From a virus, in IMG/VR virus record IMGVR_UViG_3300025289_000020: a stretch of 15,090 nucleotides of DNA, one strand, 5' to 3'. This document shows, piece by piece, positions 5,292 through 11,888 of this stretch. The first letter of the stretch is position 1; each line of letters starts with the position of its first letter. A model generated the notes under the pieces. It had not been told where the DNA came from, made no database searches, and saw only the letters and a list, made by a program, of their open reading frames with translations. The position numbers and the translations under genes were made by a program.

Positions 5292-5300
5292 TGCTATAAT
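5292..5300 (+). promoter_or_regulatory. Extended -10 element TGCTATAAT
   Basis: Perfect TGnTATAAT in a ~70% GC genome, located in a non-coding gap. No good -35. Confidence 0.45.
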
Positions 5301-5365
5301 CGCGGCCAGCACCAACCCCAGGGAGAACAGGGCAGCCGGGCAGGTTCGCACTATACATGTTCGCA

Positions 5366-5394
5366 TCGACGGCTGCCCCCGCTCGGCGTAGAAT
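5366..5394 (+). promoter_or_regulatory. Promoter-like TCGACG - 17 nt - TAGAAT
   Basis: The spacing and hexamers fit a sigma70/SigA-type promoter. The -10 ends 9 nt before the coding-like segment that opens at 5404. Confidence 0.45.
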
Positions 5395-5403
5395 CGGCCC
5401 CAA

Positions 5404-5626
5404 TTGTACGCCCCCGACCGGCTCCAACTCCAGCTACTCCGCCAGCTCGCCCAGACCGCCGGATACACCGGCCCCGGCCTGATCTGCCTCGACTGCCCAC
5501 GCCCCCAACACCTGCCCCCCTTCCTCCCCTTCTTCCTCCCAATCCACGTCCGGGAGCACCTGGAACGCTGGCCCACCCACGCCCTGCGCTGGTGGTGCTG
5601 GACGTGCTGCGCGTTTGATTGTACCC
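5404..5626 (+). CDS. Coding-like zinc-ribbon segment (CLDC..x32..CWTCC) with a TTG start and no in-frame stop
   Basis: High C-ending GC3 from 5404 to about 5612 in this frame, after which GC3 collapses. The frame stays open to 6459. The next real gene (ATG 5627) is in the +1 frame. Confidence 0.3.
5610..5626 (-). repeat. 17-bp motif copy A (minus orientation): reverse complement GGGTACAATCAAACGCG
   Basis: 16/17 identical to copy B at 6075..6091 in inverted orientation. Abuts ATG 5627. Confidence 0.85.
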
Positions 5627-5905
5627 ATGCCCAACGACTCGATTCAGCCCACGTTCAACGAATCCGAGGCCATCTCCAACGACGCCGCCCTGCAGCAGCT
5701 CCTCAAGTGGTACCCCGGCCAGGAGGCCCAGATCATCGCCGCCTACCGCCGCCGGCACCCACACGAAGGCTGCAACTGCCCCTGGCAGAACCGGAAGGCG
5801 GGCCGCTGCTGCACCCTGGACCGCATCAACCCGCCCCCCCAGGCCAGCCGCCGAAGCAGAAGCCCAAGCCGCGCAGGCCAGTACAGGGAGCAGATAAACC
5901 GGTGA
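5627..5905 (+). CDS. Hypothetical protein, 92 aa, with CNC...CC cysteines and a basic tail
   Basis: ATG start with high GC3. Its stop overlaps the next start (GTGA). No SD; motif copy A occupies the upstream 17 nt. Confidence 0.7.
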   Translation: MPNDSIQPTFNESEAISNDAALQQLLKWYPGQEAQIIAAYRRRHPHEGCNCPWQNRKAGRCCTLDRINPPPQASRRSRSPSRAGQYREQINR

Positions 5906-6459
5906 GCCCCCGGGGAGGGCGCCGCCCCGGCGCAGGCGCGCCACGGGGTAACAAGAACCGCCTCCTGCACGGCCTCTACTCCGGCGACCCGGAGACCCGC
6001 CGCCTCTCCCGCGCCCTCGCCGCCCTGCCCGCCGACGTCCGGCAGCAGCTCCTCCCCTACGTCAAGGAGGGCCTGGGTACAATCAAACGCCGCCTCGCCT
6101 GGGTGGCCCCGCACCTGCGCCACCAGGAGCCCACCGGCAACCTCGTCCACTTCCCTACCGTCACAACAACAACACCGCCGGTTCAATCAAACGCCCACCT
6201 GGCCCCGCTGGTCCTGCAGCTCACCGCCGCCGGCCTGTTCGGCGCCGGTCCCTTCGTCCACGACCACGCCCCAGCCGCCGGCGTCATCTGCGAGGTCCTC
6301 CAGTACATCCACGACCACCCGGAGGGGATCGCCAACCCCGGCGCCCTCATCCGATACCTCGTCCACCAGGAACTCGCAGAGCCAGCCGCGGGCGGCGGAC
6401 TCCGCTGCCCCTACTGCCGGTGGACAGACCACCGGCAAAGAGAGGAGAGCACCTCATGA
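5902..6459 (+). CDS. Terminase small subunit-like protein, 185 aa (N-terminal GAPRGNKNRLLHGLYS motif)
   Basis: GTG start. The GxPxGNxNxxxHGxY motif recurs in YjcR/PBSX-type small terminases (from memory). Size and position upstream of TerL fit. C-terminal CPYC. Confidence 0.6.
   Translation: MSPRGGRRPGAGAPRGNKNRLLHGLYSGDPETRRLSRALAALPADVRQQLLPYVKEGLGTIKRRLAWVAPHLRHQEPTGNLVHFPTVTTTTPPVQSNAHLAPLVLQLTAAGLFGAGPFVHDHAPAAGVICEVLQYIHDHPEGIANPGALIRYLVHQELAEPAAGGGLRCPYCRWTDHRQREESTS
6075..6091 (+). repeat. 17-bp motif copy B: GGGTACAATCAAACGCC
   Basis: Inside the TerS-like gene, encoded with atypical codons ggt aca atc aaa. Confidence 0.85.
6179..6195 (+). repeat. 17-bp motif copy C: CGGTTCAATCAAACGCC
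   Basis: 15/17 identical to copy B and 104 bp downstream in direct orientation. Encoded with atypical codons gtt caa tca. Confidence 0.8.
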
Positions 6460-6650
6460 CCGACCCCCAGGACATCGGCCTGGACGACGAGATCAACACC
6501 TGGACGGCCAACGGCGCCGGCCTGCTCCGCCGCATCCGCGACCGGCGTCAGAAGCTCCAGGCCGCCGACCGCGAGCTGGCCGCCATCGAGGCCCGCACCA
6601 TCGACGCCCTGCACCAGCTCAGCGCCATCCAGGAGGCGGTGACGCGATGA
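6456..6650 (+). CDS. Hypothetical coiled-coil protein, 64 aa
   Basis: AGAGGAGAG lies 8 nt upstream. ATGA overlaps at both ends. High GC3. Confidence 0.75.
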   Translation: MTDPQDIGLDDEINTWTANGAGLLRRIRDRRQKLQAADRELAAIEARTIDALHQLSAIQEAVTR

Positions 6651-6748
6651 ACGACCACGACCCCGAAGGATGGGCCTGGCCCTACGCCGTGCTGCTGCTC
6701 ATCCTCCTGCTGGCCTTCGCCATCTGGTACGCGGGGCTCGCACAATGA
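6647..6748 (+). CDS. 33-aa membrane peptide
   Basis: ATGA overlaps at both ends. Contains the TM segment YAVLLLILLLAFAIWYAGL. Confidence 0.6.
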   Translation: MNDHDPEGWAWPYAVLLLILLLAFAIWYAGLAQ

Positions 6749-6948
6749 AACCCCACTACAGCGCCCGCCTGGAACGCTGCACCCAGTCCACCGACAGCAA
6801 GACCGGCGGGCCCCTCCCCCTGCGCATCCAGATCGCCATCCCCTCATACGCCACCGGCCTGGCCATCCTGCGCGACCTGTCCGCAGGCCGCGTCCCTATC
6901 ACCATCGTCATCGAGGCCGTCCAGGCCCACCTACCGGAACCCGAATGA
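6745..6948 (+). CDS. Hypothetical protein, 67 aa
   Basis: ATGA overlaps at both ends, with good GC3. Function unknown. Confidence 0.7.
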   Translation: MKPHYSARLERCTQSTDSKTGGPLPLRIQIAIPSYATGLAILRDLSAGRVPITIVIEAVQAHLPEPE

Positions 6949-8309
6949 CCATCCAGCTCCGCCCCTACCAGGCCGAGCCGGCGCGGGCCATCATCCGCGA
7001 CGCCCGCCTCGGCGGCGGGCACACATTCACCGTCCTGATGAGCCGGCAGGCCGGCAAGAACGAGCTCAGCGCCTGGATCGAGAAGGTCCTCCTCGTCGCC
7101 AACATGGCCAACCCCCACGCGATCGGCGTCAAGACCGCACCCACCCTGACGCCGCAGCTCCGCAACAGCATCCGCCGCCTGCGGGCCCACCTGGACGCCG
7201 CCGGCTTCCGCAACGCCTACGCCCTGGAGGAGGGCCACCTCCTCACCCTGGGCGCCGCCGCCTGGAACTTCCTCAGCGCCGCCCCCGGCGCCTCCGTCCT
7301 GGGCGCCACCGCCGGCCTGCTGCTGGAGGCCGACGAGGCCCAGGATATCGACCCCGACCGCTTCACAAAGGACTTCCGGCCGATGGCGGCCAGCACCGCC
7401 GCCACGACCGTCCTCTACGGCACACCCTGGAGCGAGGACGACCTGCTGCTGGCCACCGTCGCCGAGAACAAGGCGCGAGAGCGCAAGGACGGCCTCCAGC
7501 GGCACTTCGAATACCCCTGGCAGGAGGTGGCGAAGCACGTCCCCGCCTACGCCCGCTACGTGGAGGCTGAGCGCATCCGGCTCGGCCCCACGCACCCCCT
7601 GTTCACCAGCCAGTACGACCTCACGCCACTGCCGGGCACGGGCCGCCTGCTGTCGCCCGCCCAGCTCACCAACCTCCAGGGCAGCCACGACCGCCGCCAC
7701 TTCGCCAAGAAGGGCGAGACCCACGCCGCCGGCCTGGACGTCGCCGGCGAGGAAACCGACCCGCTCAGCCCCCGCGACCGCGACCACAACGTCCTGTGGA
7801 TCAGCCGCGTCACACCCGGCCCCAAGCACTCCCTCCCACTGTCCGAGACCGTCGCCATCTACGCCTGGCAGGGCACCGGCCACGACGCCCTCTACGCGCA
7901 CCTCCACCGCCTGCTACGCGACGTCTGGAACATCGCCCACGTCGCCGTGGACGCCACCGGCGCCGGCGAGGGCATGGCGATCCTCCTGGCCCGCTCCCTC
8001 GGCGAGCACCGCGTCACCGCCTACAAGTTCACCGAGCAGAGCAAGTCCCACCTGGGCTACCAGCTCCAGGCCGCAGCGAACACCGGCGCCCTCAAGCTCT
8101 GGAAGGCCGACGGCGGCGCGGAGCACAACGAGGCCCAGCGCCAACTTCGGCTCTGCCGCGCCGAGTACCGGCCAAACCGCACGGTCCGCTGGCACGTCGA
8201 CCCCAGCCAAGGGCACGACGACTACGTCGCCGCCGCCGCCCTCGCGGTCGAGGCCGCGACCCAGGCGCAGCCCCGCCGCGCCCGTGGTAGAATCCCCACA
8301 GCGCCATGA
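6945..8309 (+). CDS. terL: Terminase large subunit, 454 aa
   Basis: Walker A-like SRQAGKNE, Walker B-like LLLEADEAQD, and C-terminal acidic nuclease-type motifs GLDVAGEE, VAVDATGAGEG and GHDDYVAAA. Located directly upstream of the portal gene. Confidence 0.9.
   Translation: MTIQLRPYQAEPARAIIRDARLGGGHTFTVLMSRQAGKNELSAWIEKVLLVANMANPHAIGVKTAPTLTPQLRNSIRRLRAHLDAAGFRNAYALEEGHLLTLGAAAWNFLSAAPGASVLGATAGLLLEADEAQDIDPDRFTKDFRPMAASTAATTVLYGTPWSEDDLLLATVAENKARERKDGLQRHFEYPWQEVAKHVPAYARYVEAERIRLGPTHPLFTSQYDLTPLPGTGRLLSPAQLTNLQGSHDRRHFAKKGETHAAGLDVAGEETDPLSPRDRDHNVLWISRVTPGPKHSLPLSETVAIYAWQGTGHDALYAHLHRLLRDVWNIAHVAVDATGAGEGMAILLARSLGEHRVTAYKFTEQSKSHLGYQLQAAANTGALKLWKADGGAEHNEAQRQLRLCRAEYRPNRTVRWHVDPSQGHDDYVAAAALAVEAATQAQPRRARGRIPTAP
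8285..8293 (+). promoter_or_regulatory. Extended -10-like TGGTAGAAT inside the last codons of terL
   Basis: The last 10 terL codons use atypical cgt ggt aga aca cca, and the element ends 12 nt before portal ATG 8306, which has no SD. Confidence 0.3.
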
Positions 8310-9655
8310 CCGACCAGACGCCACTCCCCCACCTCCTCAAGAACCGGGACCGCGACCGCCTCCAGCAGTACACCAGCGCCCTGGCCTTCTACGAGGGCAA
8401 GCAGTGGCCGGCGCCAGAGGCGCGCACCCGCAGCGTCCGCCGCCTCACGCTGAACTACGCCAAGGCCATCGTCAACAAGACCGCCACGTTCACCATGAAG
8501 GGCGCCGCCGTCAACGCCAGCCCCCGCTCCGACAGCGACGAGGACATCGCCGCCGCCGCCGCGGTCGAGCACTACCTGGCGGAGCTGGCCCACAACAACG
8601 GCCTGGCCCGCCTGGACCTGGTGACCGAGATCGACGCCGCCGTCCTCGGCGACGCCGCCTACAAGGTCACCTGGGACACCGCAGAGGAGCGCGTCGCCAT
8701 CACCGCCCCCGACGTGCGCGGCCTCTTCCCCTGGCCGCACCCGACCGACCCCACGCGGTTTACCCGCGTCGCCCATCGCTACACCCTCCCCCGCGAGGAC
8801 GTCATCGCCCTGTGGGGCATCGCCCCACGCGACAAGACCGCCGAAATCATCGAGGACTGGACCGACGCCACCCTGGACATCTGGATCGACGGCGGCCCCA
8901 CGCCCACCCTCACCCAGGTCAACCCCTACGCCCTCATCCCCCTCGTCATCTACCCCAACAACCAGGTCCCCAAACGGTGGTGGGGCGAATCCGACGTTCT
9001 CCCCCTCCAGGAGATCGCACAGGAGCTCAACCGCCAGATGACCCGCGTCAGCAACATCCTGGAGCTCTCCGGCTTCCCGATCGCCGTCCTGGAGAACGTG
9101 GACGAGGCCACCGACATCGCCGCCGTCCCCGGCGCCGTCTGGGAGCTGCCCAGGGAGGCCAAGGCCTACCTGCTGGACCTCCTGCAGGGCGGCGGCGTCA
9201 AGCTCCACCTGGACTACACCGACCACCTCCTGCGCGCCCTCCACGACATCAGCGAGACCCCCCGGACCGCTTTCGGCAACGTGGACCGCGAGCTCTCCGG
9301 CGTCGCCCTGCAGGTCGAGCTGCAGCCCCTCCTCCAGAAGGTCGACCGGAAGCGCACCATTCGCGGCGACGCCTACACCCAGCGCGCCGCTCTCGCCCTG
9401 CGCCTCTCCGACCTCTTCACCGGCACCGCCTATACCGACTCCATCGCCGGCCTCACGGCGTCCTGGGACCCGCCCGGCCCCGCAGACAGGACGCGGGACA
9501 TCGAAGACGAGACCGCGCTCGTCACCAACGGCCTGTCTAGCCGCCGCAGCAGCATGGGGCGCTTGCAGACCCCCGACCCAGACAAAGAGCTGGCGACCTG
9601 GCAGGAGGAGACCCGCGCTATCGAGGCCTTGACATCAGCGCCTAAACGCGGGTAA
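8306..9655 (+). CDS. Portal protein, 449 aa
   Basis: Immediately follows terL (ATGA overlap) and has typical size. N-terminal YEGKQW...LTLNYAKAIVNK resembles SPP1 gp6-type portals (from memory). Confidence 0.85.
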   Translation: MTDQTPLPHLLKNRDRDRLQQYTSALAFYEGKQWPAPEARTRSVRRLTLNYAKAIVNKTATFTMKGAAVNASPRSDSDEDIAAAAAVEHYLAELAHNNGLARLDLVTEIDAAVLGDAAYKVTWDTAEERVAITAPDVRGLFPWPHPTDPTRFTRVAHRYTLPREDVIALWGIAPRDKTAEIIEDWTDATLDIWIDGGPTPTLTQVNPYALIPLVIYPNNQVPKRWWGESDVLPLQEIAQELNRQMTRVSNILELSGFPIAVLENVDEATDIAAVPGAVWELPREAKAYLLDLLQGGGVKLHLDYTDHLLRALHDISETPRTAFGNVDRELSGVALQVELQPLLQKVDRKRTIRGDAYTQRAALALRLSDLFTGTAYTDSIAGLTASWDPPGPADRTRDIEDETALVTNGLSSRRSSMGRLQTPDPDKELATWQEETRAIEALTSAPKRG

Positions 9656-9658
9656 GCT
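9629..9658 (+). promoter_or_regulatory. Promoter-like TTGACA - 18 nt - TAAGCT
   Basis: Perfect -35 and a TANNNT -10 ending 9 nt before ATG 9668, which lacks an SD. Would drive the scaffold and capsid genes. Confidence 0.35.
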
Positions 9659-9667
9659 CCTCACGAA

Positions 9668-10090
9668 ATGCCAGACGCTAACGGCAACCCCACCCCCGAA
9701 GAGCAGGCGGCCGCAGAACAAGCCACCGCCGCCCAGCCGCAGGCCGACACCCAAGCCCTCACCGAACAGCTCACCCAAGCCCAGGCCCGCAACCTGGAGC
9801 TGGAGACCGCCGCCATCCGCGCCGCCAACCCCGACCTCCCGGACGCGGCCTTCGCCGGCGACGACCTCGCGGCCATCCAGGCCAGCGTCGCCACCGCCAG
9901 GGCCGTTGCCGACCACGTCCGCGAGCAAACCGTTGCCAACGGCGCCGCCACGCCCGCCGCCGCCGCCGCCGCCGTCGCCGCCGCTGCAGCCGCGACCCCC
10001 ACAGGCGCCGGCGCACAGCGAACGCCCCCCGCACCCGAGGGGCTGAAGGGCATCGACCGCATCAAGTTCGGGCTCGCCCAGAGGAGCTAA
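9668..10090 (+). CDS. Scaffolding protein candidate, 140 aa
   Basis: Lies between the portal and capsid genes. Ala/Gln/Glu-rich helical sequence, low complexity. Confidence 0.65.
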   Translation: MPDANGNPTPEEQAAAEQATAAQPQADTQALTEQLTQAQARNLELETAAIRAANPDLPDAAFAGDDLAAIQASVATARAVADHVREQTVANGAATPAAAAAAVAAAAAATPTGAGAQRTPPAPEGLKGIDRIKFGLAQRS

Positions 10091-10093
10091 CCA

Positions 10094-11059
10094 ATGGCCC
10101 TGACACTCGCCGAAGCCGACAAGTACAGCACCAATCAGGTCCTCGTCGGCGTCGCCGAGATCACAATGGACCAGAACCCGCTCCTCGGCCTCCTGCCGTT
10201 CACCCCCATTCGCGGCAACGCCCTCCAGTACCAGCGCGAGCTCGCCGCCAGCGCCCCCACCTTCATCGCCACCGGCGGCACAGTCACCGAAGGCGTCCCC
10301 ACCACCAGCCTCATCACCACAGCCCTTAAAATCCTCATCGGCGACGCCGACATCGACAACTTCCTCCGCGTCACCAGGTCGAAAGACCAGGACCTCCGCG
10401 CCGAGCTGCTGGCAATCAAGGCCCGCAACTTCGCCGACACCTGGGGCGACGCCGCCATCTACGGCAGCATCGACGCCGCCGCCGCGCAGTTCGACGGCCT
10501 CCACGAGATCATCGCCGACGACGTAACCGCCCAGCAGCTCCACGCAGGCTCCGTCGCCACGCCAGGCGTAGGAACCTTCACCCTGCTTCGCGAACTGATC
10601 GACCTCATCCGGCCCCGGCCCACCGTCCTGATCATGAGCCGCCGCACCCGGCGCGGCATCCAGAAGCTCGCCGTCTCCCAGGGCTGGGACCTGGCCCTAA
10701 CGAACGTCGCCGGCATCGACCGCCAGGTCCAGACGTTCAACGAAGTCCCCATCCTCCCCTGCGACTTCATAACCGACACCGAGACCATCGCCAGCTCCGC
10801 CTTCGCCGCCAAGACCGGCGGCACCGCCTCCAGCATCTTCGCCTGCCGGCTGGCCGAAGACGGCCTGTTCGGCATCTCCGCCGACGACCCCAACGCCCAG
10901 GACGACCTTGAGCGCATCATCCAGGTCGAAGAGGTCGGCGCCCTGGAGACCCAGGACGCCCGCCGCACCCGCCTGAAGGCCTACACCGCCCTCTGCGTCA
11001 AGGCCAGCCAGGCGATCGGCCGGATTGACGGCATCTCCTCCGGCGACTGGACCAACTAA
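10094..11059 (+). CDS. Major capsid protein candidate, 321 aa
   Basis: GAGGAG lies 7 nt upstream. Position after the scaffold gene, size typical for HK97-fold coat proteins, very strong GC3. No diagnostic motif read by eye. Confidence 0.75.
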   Translation: MALTLAEADKYSTNQVLVGVAEITMDQNPLLGLLPFTPIRGNALQYQRELAASAPTFIATGGTVTEGVPTTSLITTALKILIGDADIDNFLRVTRSKDQDLRAELLAIKARNFADTWGDAAIYGSIDAAAAQFDGLHEIIADDVTAQQLHAGSVATPGVGTFTLLRELIDLIRPRPTVLIMSRRTRRGIQKLAVSQGWDLALTNVAGIDRQVQTFNEVPILPCDFITDTETIASSAFAAKTGGTASSIFACRLAEDGLFGISADDPNAQDDLERIIQVEEVGALETQDARRTRLKAYTALCVKASQAIGRIDGISSGDWTN

Positions 11060-11061
11060 CC

Positions 11062-11250
11062 ATGGCGGGCATCTGGTGCCCCCGCTGCCAGACAAAGGTC
11101 CGCCTGGAACAGGACGACCAGAGCTGCAGCAACTGCGGCCGCAAACTCGTCATCGCGGCCCCCACACCCCCACCCCCGCCCCCACGCGGGAAACGCGCCC
11201 CACGCGCCAGGAAACCCACCAGCCCGCCCAGGCCAAAGCCCGCCGCCTAA
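11062..11250 (+). CDS. Zinc-ribbon protein, 62 aa, with a Pro/Arg/Lys-rich tail
   Basis: CPRC..x12..CSNCG followed by PPPPPPRGKRAPRARKPTSPPRPKPAA. The ATG lies 2 nt after the capsid stop. Confidence 0.7.
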   Translation: MAGIWCPRCQTKVRLEQDDQSCSNCGRKLVIAAPTPPPPPPRGKRAPRARKPTSPPRPKPAA

Positions 11251-11264
11251 AGGAGCGCCGCTAG

Positions 11265-11885
11265 GTGCCGACCGCGCTCGCCACCATCAGGGGCCGCCTC
11301 CAGACCGTCCTTGACGACGCCGCCGCCGCCGTCTGGACCACCGGCGAGCTCGACCAGCACATCCAGGACGCCCTCCGCGACCTCTCGCACCGCATCCCCC
11401 GCGAGCGCACCACCACTATCGCCACCACCAGCGGCAGCCGCGACGTGTCCCTGGCGACCCTCACCGAGCGCGTCCGCATCGTCGCCGTCGAGTGGCCCAC
11501 CGGCAGCGACCCCAAGAACTTCGTCGACTTCTCCGAGTGGGCCGACGTCCTGCGCATCGACAGCCTCGGCATCCCCGACGGCACCGACTGCATCATCTAC
11601 TGGCAGAGCCTCCACAGCATCAACGGCACCAAGACCCTGCCCGAGGACTACGACGACGCCCTCGTTCACGCCGCCGCCGCCCGTGCCTGCGACCAGCAGG
11701 CCGCCGACGCCTCCAACGCCCTGAACACCGGCGGCCCCCCGGCGACCCGCGACTGGCGCACCCTGGCCGCCCACTTCCGCAACCGCTACGAGGAGCGCGT
11801 CGCACCCCGTCGCGGCATCAAGCGCCGCCGCCTCTACGCCCCCGCCGAGCCCACGCCCACCCAGAACACCGACCCAGGGCCATAG
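11265..11885 (+). CDS. Structural protein, 206 aa (head-tail adaptor / tubular protein A-like by position)
   Basis: AAGGAG lies 9 nt before the GTG, with high GC3. Function inferred only from T7-like gene order and size. Confidence 0.55.
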   Translation: MPTALATIRGRLQTVLDDAAAAVWTTGELDQHIQDALRDLSHRIPRERTTTIATTSGSRDVSLATLTERVRIVAVEWPTGSDPKNFVDFSEWADVLRIDSLGIPDGTDCIIYWQSLHSINGTKTLPEDYDDALVHAAAARACDQQAADASNALNTGGPPATRDWRTLAAHFRNRYEERVAPRRGIKRRRLYAPAEPTPTQNTDPGP

Positions 11886-11888
11886 CCG

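Noticed and set aside
5357-5480. 41-aa ORF (ATG 5357) and the TTG 5253 ORF with an upstream GAGGAG in the regulatory gap.
   Set aside because: Poor GC3 and low-complexity Pro/Ser/Arg translations. They overlap the promoter-like elements.
6756-7907. Long minus-strand ORFs opposite the structural genes: 6756..7907, 8222..9244, 9635..10543, 11247..12038, 14023..14961, 883..1815 and 3652..4515.
   Set aside because: Their translations are Gly/Ala/Val/Arg/Asp-rich low-complexity strings with no motifs. They are antisense to ORFs with clear motifs and strong C-ending GC3. Such shadow ORFs are expected at ~70% GC.
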